From assembly GCF_044704955.1 (NCBI RefSeq), contig NC_092006.1:4836001-4900000 (forward strand): DNA of 64,000 nucleotides, in the 5' to 3' direction. Below, piece after piece: positions 11,010 to 23,145 of this stretch. Origin of the DNA: Pristiophorus japonicus. Its lineage: Eukaryota. The position numbers and the translations under genes were made by a program. Positions within the stretch are counted from its first letter, which is position 1; each line of letters starts with the position of its first letter. The notes beneath the pieces were generated by a model. That model saw only the letters and a list, made by a program, of their open reading frames with translations. It searched no databases and was not told the DNA's origin.

Positions 11010-12620
11010 AGAACATAAGACACAGGAGCAGGAGTCGGCCATTTGGCCCCTTGAGCCTGCTCCGCCATTCAATACGATCACGGCTGATCTTCGAACTCAG
11101 CCCCACTTTCCTGCACTGTCTCCTTGATTCCCTTAATATTCCAATATCTGTCTTGAATATACTCAACGACTGAGCCTCCACAGCCCTCTGGGGCAGAGAA
11201 CTCCAAAGATTCACCACCCTCTGAGTGAAGAAATTCCTCCTCATCTCAGTCCTGAAGTTTCTCCTGAATTGCCCCTTGGATTTCTTGGTGACCATCTGAT
11301 ATTGATGGCCTCTAGTTATGCGCTTCTGGCATAGGTGGATACACTCTGTTTGTGTCTACTCGATCAAAACCTTTCATAATTTTAAAGACCTCGTCTGTGC
11401 TGTAAGGTGATTCTAATAGCAGGTAAATTCCTCCAGAATTTTGCTGAAGATATCATTGCACTGCATTATTGAAAAGCGCAATTTGAATTTAAAATAATCC
11501 ACTTTTAATACTAAATGTGACAGGGTTCATTCCCAGGATACAACCAGAGAACGCCCTGGATCCACTTACACACCAGCTTTGCCAACAATGCCCCGGAGTC
11601 AGTGCCTGAGCTACCCTGTGGGTCCTTGGTTTCACTGACACACCGCACACATTTGTTCTTTCAATCTGTGCTGTAAATCGGCCGCAGAGATATTCTGAGC
11701 GCATCTGGACCGAGCGATCAAAGAGCAGGATTCACATCCACAACGCTGGGGTTTCAAAACCAGTTTAATTTATCTGTAAACATTACATATGAATTATATC
11801 ACGTGCTGTATAAAGATGTACTCAGCACAGAAACCACAAATACAAGAATTTGGCATTACAATACTTGAAATTAGTTGAGTATATTCAAGACGGAGAGCGA
11901 TATAGGAGCAGGAGTTGGCCATTCGGCCCCTTGAGCCTGCTCCGCCATTTAATACCATCATGGCCGCTCTGATCATGGACTCAGCTCCCCTTCCCTGCCC
12001 GTTCCTCATAACCCTTTACTCCCTTATCGCTCAAAAATCTGTCTATCTCTGTCTTAAATATATTCGATGACCCAGCTTCCACAGCTCTCTGAGGCAGCGA
12101 ATTCCACAGATTTACAACCCTCTGAGAGAAGAAATTCCTCCTCATCTCAGTTTTAAGTGGGTGGCCCCTTATTCTGAGACTATGCCCCCCAGTTTTAGTT
12201 TCGCCTATGAGTGGAAACATCCTCTCTGCATCGACCTTGTCGAGCCCCCTCATTATCTTATATGTTTCCATTAGATCACCTCTCGTTCTTCTGAACTCCA
12301 ATGAGTAGAGGCCCAACCTACTCAACCTATCCTCATAAGTCAACCCCCTCCGGAATCAGCCGAGTGAACCTTCTCTGAACACCCTCCAATGCAAGTATAT
12401 CCTTCCTTAAATACGGAGACCAAAACTGCACGCAGTACTCCAGGTGTGGCCTCACCAATACCCTGTACAGTTGTAGCAGGACTTCTCTGCTTTTATACTC
12501 CATCCCCCTTGCAATAAGGCCAACATTCCATTCCAGTTGAGATCGAAGATTGGCCATGATCTTATTGAATGGCGGAGCAGGCTCGAGGAGCCAAATGGCC
12601 TCCTCCTGCTCCTAATTCGT
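11010..12620 (-). mobile_element. CR1 fragments (11010-11390 and 11901-12530 minus; 12531-12620 plus-strand 3' end), separated by non-repeat DNA
   Basis: CR1 RT C-terminal motifs in the ORF track. Confidence 0.75.
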
Positions 12621-12830
12621 ATATTCTAAAATAGAGATTAAACTGAACAGTAACCGACATATCATCGTAAGAACAGTGGCCCAACACAACGCTATGTAAG
12701 AGTCCATTTCAATGGTAGAGTTTTCGATTGGACCCAATTGGGAAATCGCGCCCAAACTATGTTTGAAATTGCATCGACTGTCCGGCAAAACAGAGGAAGC
12801 TTTGCACTCCATATCGTCTTTCCTTTCCCA

Positions 12831-12875
12831 TCAGAGTGTTGGCTCCGTGTTAAATGCCAGCTGGGCATAAAGAGT
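12831..12875 (-). CDS. Gene B terminal exon TLYAQLAFNTEPTL*
   Basis: Acceptor ttctgttttctctcacag, nearly identical to the gene A exon 6 acceptor and 5' end. Confidence 0.83.
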   Translation of the reverse strand, partial: TLYAQLAFNTEPTL

Positions 12876-15800
12876 CTGTGAGAGAAAACAGAAACAATTA
12901 CCACGGCCCACATCTTCAGCGTCGGAACAGTGGGACAGGAGAGGGCCATTCAGCCCCTCGAGCCTGTTCCCCCATTCAGTTTGATCATGGCTAATGTGTA
13001 TCTGAACTCCATCCGCCCGCCTTAAATACCCTCGCCCAACACCAATCTTTCATCGCAGTTTTGAACATTTCAATTGACCCTCAGCCTCAACAACTTTATG
13101 AGGGAGAGAGTTCCAGGTTCCCGCGGCCTTTTGTCTGAAGATGTGTTTCCTGACATCACCCCTGAACGGCCGGGCTCGAATTTTAAGGTCAAGCCCCCTT
13201 GTTCTGGACTCCCCAGACTCTCTCAAATTCTCTAATCATCTTAAATATCTCGATTACATCACCCTGTAATCTACACTCGAGGGAAAACAAGGCCAGTCTA
13301 AGAACATAAGAACATAAGATTTAGGAGCAGGAGTCAGCCATTCGGGCCCCTCGAGCCTGCTCCGCCATTCAATGAGATCACGGCTGACCTTCGACCTCAA
13401 CTCCACTTTCCTGCCCCATCTCCATATCCCCTGTTCCCCTAGACTCCGAAAATCTCTCGATCTCAGCCTTGAATATACTCAACGACTGAGCCTCCACAGC
13501 CCTCTGGGGCAGAGAATTCCAAAGATTCACCACCCTCTGAGTGAAGAAATTCCTCCTCATCTCAGTCCTAAATGGCCGAGCCCTTATCCTGAGACTTTGT
13601 GACCCCTGGTTCTAGACTCCCCAGCCCTGATATGATTCAATGAGATCACATCTCATTCTTCTAAACTCCAGAGAGTATGGGCCCAGTCGACTCAACAGGT
13701 ATATGCAACCTGTCCCATAATATAACCCTTTTAGCATGTTGGGACATTTTATTGGTTGTTGATAGCGCAGGTATAATTGTAGTGAATCGGCAATCTGTGG
13801 TTATTTATAATTACTGACTTAAAATATCCAAATATAGATATTTGAATTTACTTTTAAATAAAAGGTGAATTTGTTTATTCGTTCCTGGGATGTGGGCATG
13901 GCTGGCAAGGCCGGCATTTATTGCCCATCCCTAATTGCCCCTTGAGAAGGTGGTGGTGAGCCGCCTTCTTGAACCACAGAGGGTGGTTAAGCACCATTCA
14001 AATCGCTGTGGGTCTGGAGTCACGTATCAACCAGACCGGGTAAGGGGCAGTAGATTTCCGTGATTTCCTTCCCTGAAACATTCGGCCCTTCGAGCCTGCA
14101 CCACCATTCAATATGATCATGGCTGATCATGCAACTTCAGTACCCCTTTCCTGCTTTCTCTCCATACCCCTTGATCCCTTTAGCCAAAAGGGCCACATCT
14201 AACTCCCTTTTGAATATATCCAACGAACTGGCCTCAACAACTTTCTGTGGTAGAGAATTCCACAGGTTCACAATTCTCTGAGTGAAGAAGTTTCTCCTCA
14301 TCTCGGTCCTAAATGGCTTACCCCTTATCCTGAGACTGTGACCCCTGGTTCTGGACTTCCTCAACATTGGGAACATTCTTCCTGCATCTAGCCTGTCCAA
14401 TCCCGTCAGAATTTTATATGTTTCGATGAGATTCCCCTCTCATTCTTCTAAATTCCAGTGAATATAAGCCTAGTCGATCCAGTCTTTCTTCATATGTCAG
14501 TCCTGCCATCCCGGGAATCAGTCTGGTGAACCTTCGCTGCACTCCCTCAATAGCAAGAATGTCCTTCCTCAGATTAGGAGACCAAAACTGCACACAATAC
14601 TCAAGGTGTGGCCTCACTGAGGCCCTGTAGGAGGGCAATGGCACAAAGCCAGGTCGCTGATTGCAGTGCGGGCAGGCACAGCAGGAGGGGCGACGGAGCA
14701 GCAAGACTCCGTAGAGGGAAGTGATTGAGGCCCAAGAGAGGCATGAATCTGGGGCCCAGAAGAGGCGAGGGCCCAGCCCACACTGTGCGATATGTGCGCG
14801 CACTAGGCCCGTGCAGCAGAGCTGGTCTCCAGTCGTCCTGGTTCACCCTTGCCCCTGGACCAAGACCTCACTCTGTCAAGCCCATGTGGTGGCTGGTGTG
14901 CAACGGTCACCCCACGTTAAAAAAACCCACCCACAGGGGCCTTCCACCCTTCAGGATGTAGTTCGGGATCTAGAATTTTAGGTTCTTTATTGAAACACTG
15001 TGAACTCATCCCTTTTTTGGCATGGAATCAAGCCATACTCACTTCGAGGGACTGCCTATAATGATGATACAACTGCAGTAAGACCTCCCTGTTCCTATAC
15101 TCAAATCCCCTATACTGTCCTATACTCAAAGACATTAGTGACACCAGATGGGTTTTTACAATCTGGTAGTTTTATGGTCACCGTTACTTTTTAATTCCAC
15201 ATTTATTTGATTAATTGAATTTAAACTTCTCACCTACCATGGTGGGATTGGAATTCGGGTCCCCGGGATTAATAGTCCAGGCGCCTGGATTACTAGCCCG
15301 CTGACATAACCACTATGCTACCGTTCTGTCGTGTTAAGCGAAGACAGCTCTTTTCCTATCTACCGCCTGGAACAGCGAACCACCCTGCAAGCGGATAAAT
15401 TGGGAGTGCGGAGGAGTTTGAAGCACCTTGCGACCATCCCTACCTGACTGCCGCTCCGGACAGCCGCCACAGACACCATCAGGAGCAGGAGAAGCGCCGC
15501 CAACAAATTCAGGACCAACCGCAATCCGCAGGCGCTCTGTGACGGAGACACTGCAAGAAAAGAGCTTTTTTAAAGAAAAAGGACGTTTCTGCAAAGAGTT
15601 AAACAAGTGCAGCCACCGAGCAAATCTGCTTGTGGAATTTCACACAAAACATTTTGCATAGTTCCCCAGCGAGCAGATATCTGAGAGGCCCCTGCTTACC
15701 GATAACTTTGCAATTAACAAGGACTGCGATGTTGCGATAGACAGGCAGACACGGGCAGACACCTGAGAGATAGACAGATAAGAACACAAGAAATAGGAGC

Positions 15801-18800
15801 AGGAGTCGGCCATTTGGCTCCACAGCTGGTCTGGTCTCGGGCTCAGCTCTACTTCCCTGTCTGATAGATAGACAGACAGACATAGAGATAGAGATAGAGA
15901 GAGAGTTAGAGAGTTAGAGAGAGAGAGGGAGATAGAGAGAGAGAGAGAGGGAGATAGATAGATAGAGAGTTAGAGAGAGAGAGATAGATAGATAGAGAGT
16001 TAGAGATAGAGAGTTAGAGTTAGAGATAGAGAGTTAGAGATAGAGATAGAGAGTTAGAGATAGAGATAGAGAGTTAGAGATAGAGATAGAGAGTTAGAGA
16101 TAGAGAGTTAGAGATAGAGAGTTAGAGATAGAGAGTTAGAGAGATAGATAGATAGAGTTAGAGATAGAGAGTTAGAGATAGAGAGTTAGAGAGATAGATC
16201 GATTGGATAGGCTGGGTTGTTTTCTTTGGAACAGAGGAGACTGAGGGGCGACCTTATTGAGGTGTATAAAATTATGAGGGGCCTGGATAGAGTGGATAGG
16301 ACAGACCTGTTTCCCTTGGCAGAGGGGTCAACAACCAGGGGTCACAGATTGAAAGTAATTGGGAGGAGGTTTAGAGGGGATTTGAGGGGAAATGTCTTCA
16401 CCCAGAGGGTGGCGGGGGTCTGGGGTGGAACTCACTGCCTGAAAGGGTGGTAGAGGCAGAAACCCTCACCACATTTAAAAAGCACCTGGATGTGCGCTTG
16501 AAGTTCCGTAACCTACAGGGCTACGGACTGAGAGCTGGAAAGTGGGATTAGGCTGGGTGGCTCTTTGTCGGCCGGCGCAGACATGATGGGCCGAATGACC
16601 TCCTTCCATGCTGTAAATTTCTATGATTCTAGGATAGACATCGCGATAGAACACAGCACAGTGGAAATGTAATCACATTTTCGACTTTTAAGCAGGGAGG
16701 TACCTTACTCCGAACATTTATTCCCTAGCTAGACAGATAGACTTCAAAATTCAGCAAGGTAGACACTGAAACATTGAGAGATATGTGATAGGGAGATCAT
16801 GGTATAATTATACACGGAGACGCAGAAAAGGACGTAAGAATATAAGAACATAAGAAATAGGAGCAGGAGTCGGCCATTCGGCCCCTCGAGCCTGCTCCGC
16901 CATTCAATACGATCCTGGCTGATCCGATCATGGACTCAGCTCCACTTCCCCGCCCACTCCCCATAACCCTTCACTTCCTTATCGCTCAAAAATCTGTCTA
17001 TCTCCACCTTATATATATTCAATGTCCCAGCCTCCACAGCTCTCTGGAGCCGAGAATTCCACAGATTTACAACCCTCTGAGAGAAGAAATTCCTCCTCAT
17101 CTCAGTTTTAAATGGGCGGCCCCTTATTCTGAGACTATGCCCCCTAGTTCTAGTCTCCCCCATCAGTGGAAACATCCTCTCTGCATCCACCTTGTCGAGC
17201 CCCCTCATTATCTTATACGTTTCGATAAGATCACCTCTCATTCTTCTGAACTCCAATGAGTAGAGACCCAACCTGCTCAACCTTACCTAAGAAGTCAACC
17301 CCCTCATCTCCGAAATCAACCAAGTGAACCTTCTCTGAACTGCCTCCAGTGCAAGTATATCCTTCCTTAAATACGGAGACCAAAACTGCACGCAGTACTC
17401 CAGGTGTGGCCTCACCAATACCCTCTCCAGTTGTAGCAGGACTTCTCTGCTTTTATACTCTATCCCCCTTGCAATAAAGGCCAAGATTCCATTCCAGTTG
17501 AGGTCTAAGATTGGCCGTGATCTTATTGAATGGCAGAGCAGGCTCGAGGGGCCGAATGGCCTCCTCCTGCTCCTAATTCGTATATTCTAAAATAGAGGTT
17601 AGACTGAACAGTAACCGACATATCGTAGAGGGTTGTTGAGGCCAGTCTGTTAGATATATTAAAGAGGAAGCTAGATATGGCCCTTACAGCTAAAGGGATC
17701 AAGGGGTATGGAGAGAAAGCAGGAATGGGGTACTGAGGTGAATGATCAGCCATGATCATATTGAATGGTGGTGCAGGCTCGAAGGGCCGAATGGCCTACT
17801 CCTGCACATATTTTCTATGTTTCTATGTAAGGACAGTGGCTAAATACAGCGCTATGTATTCTGAATTCCCTGTCATTCTTCTGAACTCCAGTCCTTCAAT
17901 ATACAAAAAGTTGCGAAGAAGTGAGACTCACATCACCATTGAAGATATTAGTGAAGGGGACACCGGCCACAGTTACCTCCCGGAGATGCGACGCTTTCAC
18001 TCAGGAGATCCCCGGTGGCGTTGATCGGAACGGTGCAAGTGCAGACGGCGCCGCTGCGCCAGGTTTCGGCCGAGACGCTCAGGACGCTTCTGGCGGTATA
18101 GCTCCCGTCCGGCTCCAGCCTGCCGGGCTCGCTCCGTCCCTCGGCGGCCCGTCCCGCAACCAGCCAGCGGATGGGGAAGGAGTCCGGAGCAGCGCCCCGC
18201 ACCAGACACATCAAGGGCACTCTCTCCAGCCGGGGAATCTCAGCCGGCGGTGGCGTTAAGAGGAAGAGGACCGGGGGGCCCGCTAGATGGAAGAGAAATT
18301 GGAATTAACCAGGCGCACAAGGTAGGTTTAAATTGGTGTCTCGACGCACAATTGGATGGACGAGTGGGATTACCTGTGATCACCAGCGTGGTGCCAGTCC
18401 CGAATATCAGGGACCGATTCCTGGCGTTTGGAGCAGCGCAGTAATACCGCCCAGAATCGCTCCTCTGGACGTTGTCAATGACCAGCGAATAATTCCCCGA
18501 TTGCTCGCATACCTCGCCGGAAAATCTTCCCCCGGGCCTCACGAACCGTCCGGTTTTGTAAACAATCCGCATGCCCTCTCGGTGCCAGTGTGTGTACCAG
18601 TAAACGATGCCCGGGGCCAGCCTCCCGGTCTGGCATTGCAGTTTGACCAGGCTCGCGACATCGGCCGTTAGCAGCGCCGGAAATTGGCTCAAGACCGCCT
18701 GAGACACGACAGCTGAGACAAGGTTGCGGGGGGGGGGGACACAAAAATTAAAAAAAACACAATATTAACAACAGGTTATAGGCCCCCGAGTCACCCTGGA

Positions 18801-21800
18801 TACCGACACATCTCAAATTCCCCTCCACTGGCGCGTCGGGAGCGCGTGTGGGACATTCCGCCGCGCTGCGCACCGTTAAATTGCGCCTCTCCGCCCGCAA
18901 TTCCCACAGGCGCACAGTCCGAGTCCGTTCGCTGTGAAATCCGCTCCAATCATTGGCGAGCACCATGGCGACTGGCTGCAGTTAAGATTGCAAAATCCTT
19001 CTCCCAAACCGATTATGCTTCCCCTGGTCTAACCCGGCTCTCCAATCCATCTCTCCAGGGGTTGGGGACCGGGGGGCGCTTGATTGTGTTAAAATGGGGC
19101 GATAGCTTTCTCACTAATTCCACTAGACAGGCCCCCCTCTCCCAACGGTAGACCCTCGCCTTCAAATACCGGAGTTCACTGACAACTTTATCTCAGTTAG
19201 GGGGCAGTTCAGTGTCACATTCGCTTCCACTCACCCATCACAATGTTCGGCTCCAAAGTCGCGCTATCGGTATTGAGCGAAGCCCGCACACCTTTATACT
19301 TTGCCCAATATCTAATCTGCTTCTTAAAAAAATTATAGTTAAACGCAAACTTGTGTATCAGCGAACGATGCAACACAGGAGGCCATTCGGCCCATCAAAC
19401 CTGTGTTGTGCCGGCTCTGTGACAGAGCGACTCAATCATTCCCACTCCGCCCCTGCTCTTTCCCCACAGCCCGGCATATTGCCTCCTTTCCAAATATTTA
19501 TCCAATTCCCCCGTTTGAAAGTCACTTTTTCATCTGCTCCCAGTGCCCCTTTCAGGCAGCGCGTTCCCGAGCACAAGCTCTCAGGGCTTGAAATCACGTC
19601 CTGAACTCCCCCTCTGGTTCTGTTACCGATTATCTTAAACAAGTGTCCTCTGCTTCCCCACCCTCCTCCCACTGGAAACAATCTCTCCTTCTTTACTCGA
19701 TCGGAAACCTTCTCCTTATTAATTCTATAAAAACCCTTCTCCTTATTAATTCTCTCCAAAACCCTTCTCCTTATTAATTCTCTCCAAAACCCGTCTAAAA
19801 TCCAAAATCCAAAAGAGTAGGAGTAAACGGGTACTTTTCAGAATGGCAGGCAGTGACTAGTGGAGTGCCGCAAGGTTCTGTGCTGGGGCCCCAGCTGTTT
19901 ACATTGTACATTAATGATTTAGACGAGGGGATTAAATGCAGTATCTCCAAATTTGCGGATGATACTAAGTTGGGTGGCAGTGTGAGCTGCGAGGAGGATG
20001 CTATTAGGCTGCAGAGTGACTTGGATAGGTTAGGTGAGTGGGCAAATGCATGGCAGATGAAGTATAATGTGGATAAATGTGAGGTTATCCACTTTGGTGG
20101 TAAAAACAGAGAGACAGACTATTATCTGAATGGTGACAGATTAGGAAAAGGGAAGGTGCAACGAGACCTGGGTGTCATGGTACATCAGTCATTGAAGGTT
20201 GGCATGCAGGTACAGCAGGCGGTTAAGAAAGCAAATGGCATGTTGGCCTTCATAGCGAGGGGATTTGAATACAGGGGCAGGGAGGTGTTGCTACAGTTGT
20301 ACAGGGCCTTGGTGAGGCCACACCTGGAGTATTGTGTACAGTTTTGGTCTCCTAACTTGAGGAAGGACATTCTTGCTATTGAGGGAGTGCAGCGAAGGTT
20401 CACCAGACTGATTCCCGGGATGGCGGGACTGACCTATCAAGAAAGATTGGATCAACTGGACTTGTATTCACTGGAGTTCAGAAGAATGAGAGGGGACCTC
20501 ATAGAAACGTTTAAAATTCTGACGGGTTTAGACAGGTTAGATGCAGAAAGAATGTTCCCAATGTTGGGGGAGTCCAGAACCAGGGGTCACAGTCTGAGGA
20601 TAAGGGGTAAGCCATTTAGGACCGAGATGAGGAGAAACTTCTTCACCCAGAGAGTGGTGAACCTGTGGAATTCTCTACCACAGAAAGTAGTTGAGGCCAA
20701 TTCACTAAATATATTCAAAAGGGAGTTAGATGAAGTCCTTACTACTCGGGGGATCAAGGGTTATGGCGAGAAAGCAGGAAGGGGGTACTGAAGTTTCATG
20801 TTCAGCCATGAACTCATTGAATGGCGGTGCAGGCTAGAAGGGCTGAATGGCCTGCTCCTGCACCTATTTTCTATGTTTCTATGTTTCTATGTCTCCTTAT
20901 TAATTCTCTCCAAAACCCTTCTCCTTATTAATTCGCTCCAAAACCCTTCTCCTTATTAATTCGCTCCAAAACCCTTCTCCTTATTAATTCTCTACAAAAT
21001 CCTTCCCCTTATTAATTCGCTCCAAAACCCTTCTCCTTATTAATTCTAACCAAAACCCTTCTCCTTATTAATTCTCTCCAAAACCCTTCTCCTTATTAAT
21101 TCGCTCCAAAACCCTTCTCCTTATTAATTCGCTCCAAAACCCTTCTCCTTATTAATTCTCTACAAAATCCTTCCCCTTATTAATTCGCTCCAAAACCCTT
21201 CTCCTTATTAATTCTAACCAAAACCTTTCTCCTTATTAATTCGCTCCAAAACCCTTCTCCTTATTAATTCTAACCAAAACCCTTCTCCTTATTAATTATC
21301 TCCAAAATCGTTCTCCTTATTAATTCGCTCCAAAACCCTTCTCCTTATTAATTCTAACCAAAACCCTTCTCCTTATTAATTCTCTCCAAAACCCTTCTCC
21401 TTATTAATTCTATCCAAAACCCTTCTCATTATTAATTCACTCCAAAACCCTTCTCCTTATTAATTCTCTCCAAAATCCTTCTCATTATTAATTCTCTCCA
21501 AAACCCTTCTCATTATTAATTCTCTCCAAAACCCTTCTCCTTATTAATTCTATCCAAAATCCTCCTCCTTATTAATTCTCTCCAAAACCCTCCTCCTTAT
21601 TAATTCTCTCCAAAACCCTTCTCCTTATTAATTCTATCCAAAACCCTTCTCCTTATTAATTCTATCCAAAACCCTCCTCCTTATTAATTCTCTCCAAAAC
21701 CCTTCTCCTTATTAATTCTCTCCAAGACCCTTCTCCTTATTAATTCTCTCCAAGACCCTTCTCCTTATTAATTCTCTCCAAAACCCTTCTCCTTATTAAT

Positions 21801-22901
21801 TCTCTCCAAAACCCTTCTCCTTATTAATTCTATCCAAAACCCTTCTCCTTATTAATTCTCTCCAAAACCCTTCTCCTTATTAATTCTCTCCAAAACCCTT
21901 CTCATTATTAATTCTCTCCAAAACCCTTCTCCTTATTAATTCTCTCCAAAACCCTTCTCCTTATTAATTCGATCCAAAACCCTCCTCCTTATTAATTCTC
22001 TCCAAAACCCTTCTCCTTATTAATTCTCTCCAAGACCCTTCTCCTTATTAATTCTCTCCAAGACCCTTCTCCTTATTAATTCTCTCCAAAACCCTTCTCC
22101 TCATTAATTCTCTCCAAAACCCTTCTCCTTATTAATTCTATCCAAAACCCTTGTCCTTATTAATTCTCTCCAAAATCCTCCTCCTTATTAATTCTCTCCA
22201 AAACCCTTCTCATTATTAATTCTCTCCAAAACCCTTATCCTTATTAATTCTATCCAAAATCCTCCTCCTTATTAATTCTCTCCAAAACCCTCCTCCTTAT
22301 TAATTCTCTCCAAAACCCTTCTCCTTCTTAATTCTCTCCAAAACCCTTCTCCTTCCTAATTCTATCCAAAACCCTTCTCCTTATTAATTCTATTCAAAAC
22401 CCTCCTCCTTATTAATTCTCTCCAAAACCCTTCTCCTTATTAATTCTCTCCAAGACCCTTCTCCTTATTAATTCTCTCCAAGACCCTTCTCCTTATTAAT
22501 TCTCTCCAAAACCCTTCTCCTTATTAATTCTCTCCAAAACCCTTCTCCTTATTAATTCTATCCAAAAACCTTCCCATTATTAATTCTCTCCAAAACCCTT
22601 CTCCTCATTAATTCTATCCAAAACCCTTCTCCTTATTAATTCTCTCCAAAACCCTTTTCCTTATTAATTCTCTCAAAAACCCTTCTCCTTATTAATTCTC
22701 TCCAAAACCCTTTTCCTTATTAATTCTCTCAAAAACCCTTCTCCTTATTAATTCTCTCCAAAACCCTTTTCCTTATTAATTCGCTCCAAAACCCTTCCCT
22801 TGGTTGACTCTCTCCTAACCCCTTCCCCACTCTGGCAAAACATCGAAGGCTATCTCACCTTGGAAGAGATGGAACAGCACACAGAGACCACAGAAGCTCA
22901 T
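12831..22901 (-). CDS. Gene B: non-rearranging VJ-C1-TM-ITIM receptor, 5 coding exons, 279 aa
   Basis: Exons 22901-22859, 18712-18374, 18282-17977, 15550-15444 and 12875-12831. Total 840 nt, open frame. Confidence 0.85.
12935..14628 (-). mobile_element. CR1 fragments (12935-13735, 14078-14628) and a LINE/SINE 3' end (13870-14075) in the last intron of gene B
   Basis: RRNFFTQR motifs; CR1 tails. Confidence 0.7.
14629..15068 (+). mobile_element. Probable non-autonomous element with an RTE-type 3' tail
   Basis: Ends cgagggactgcctataatgatgat, like the RTE 3' end at 9380-9405; the body is non-coding. Confidence 0.45.
15444..15550 (-). CDS. Gene B stalk and TM exon (V)SPSQSACGLRLVLNLLAALLLLLMVSVAAVRSGSQ
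   Basis: Acceptor ctcttttcttgcag, donor cag|gtaggg; 107 nt ending in phase 0; homologous to gene A exon 4 minus 10 nt. Confidence 0.85.
15860..16200. repeat. Compound microsatellite (AGAGAT/AGAGTT)n
   Basis: Direct observation. Confidence 0.95.
16200..17828. mobile_element. CR1 fragments in gene B intron 3 (16200-16630 plus, 16835-17490 minus, 17628-17828 plus)
   Basis: CR1 RT C-terminal ORFs and tails. Confidence 0.8.
17977..18282 (-). CDS. Gene B C1-type Ig domain exon
   Basis: 306 nt; (A)[54 protein letters not shown]..; ag| and |gtaact ends. Confidence 0.93.
18374..18712 (-). CDS. Gene B VJ exon
   Basis: 339 nt; [41 protein letters not shown]; donor acag|gtaatc. Confidence 0.94.
19705..22800. 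repeat. 28-bp minisatellite CCTTCTCCTTATTAATTCTCTCCAAAAC in gene B intron 1, interrupted by a CR1
   Basis: Period 28; about 68 copies in 20893-22800 plus about 3 before the insertion. Confidence 0.95.
19811..20892 (+). mobile_element. Young 5'-truncated CR1 (uninterrupted 312-aa RT C-terminal ORF)
   Basis: GVPQGSVLGP..FADD..; (TTCTATGT)n tail; same subfamily as 38404-41256 and 51587-55130. Confidence 0.95.
22859..22901 (-). CDS. Gene B leader exon [14 protein letters not shown]
   Basis: ATG plus 43 nt, donor caag|gtgaga; splicing gives [26 protein letters not shown]. Confidence 0.83.
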
Positions 22902-22984
22902 TATCCCTGCCCCAGGAGGGTTGAACTCTGATGCTGGGACTGGCAGCTCAGGGAGGAATGCTTGTCAGCAGGTCGGTGCGAGGC

Positions 22985-23145
22985 TGGTGTGAAATGCCGA
23001 GCCAATTGTGGTAAGCACGCACTGTGTTTATTAATAAATGTACGATTTGGGCTGCAAAATAGTGCCGAAGCAGAAAGCTCTGTGTGGGTTTCCTGTTTTT
23101 ACAGGTAAAGAGATGAAACACACACACACCATCTGTGTTACAGAA
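22985..23145 (-). promoter_or_regulatory. Gene B proximal promoter
   Basis: AACAGGAAACCCACA at 23083-23097 (minus strand), TTTATTAATAAA, GCATTTCAC. Confidence 0.5.

Noticed and set aside
20893-22800. CRISPR-like array (28-, 33-, 37- and 38-bp repeats)
   Set aside because: The units are head-to-tail with no unique spacers, no cas genes are present, and the context is vertebrate.
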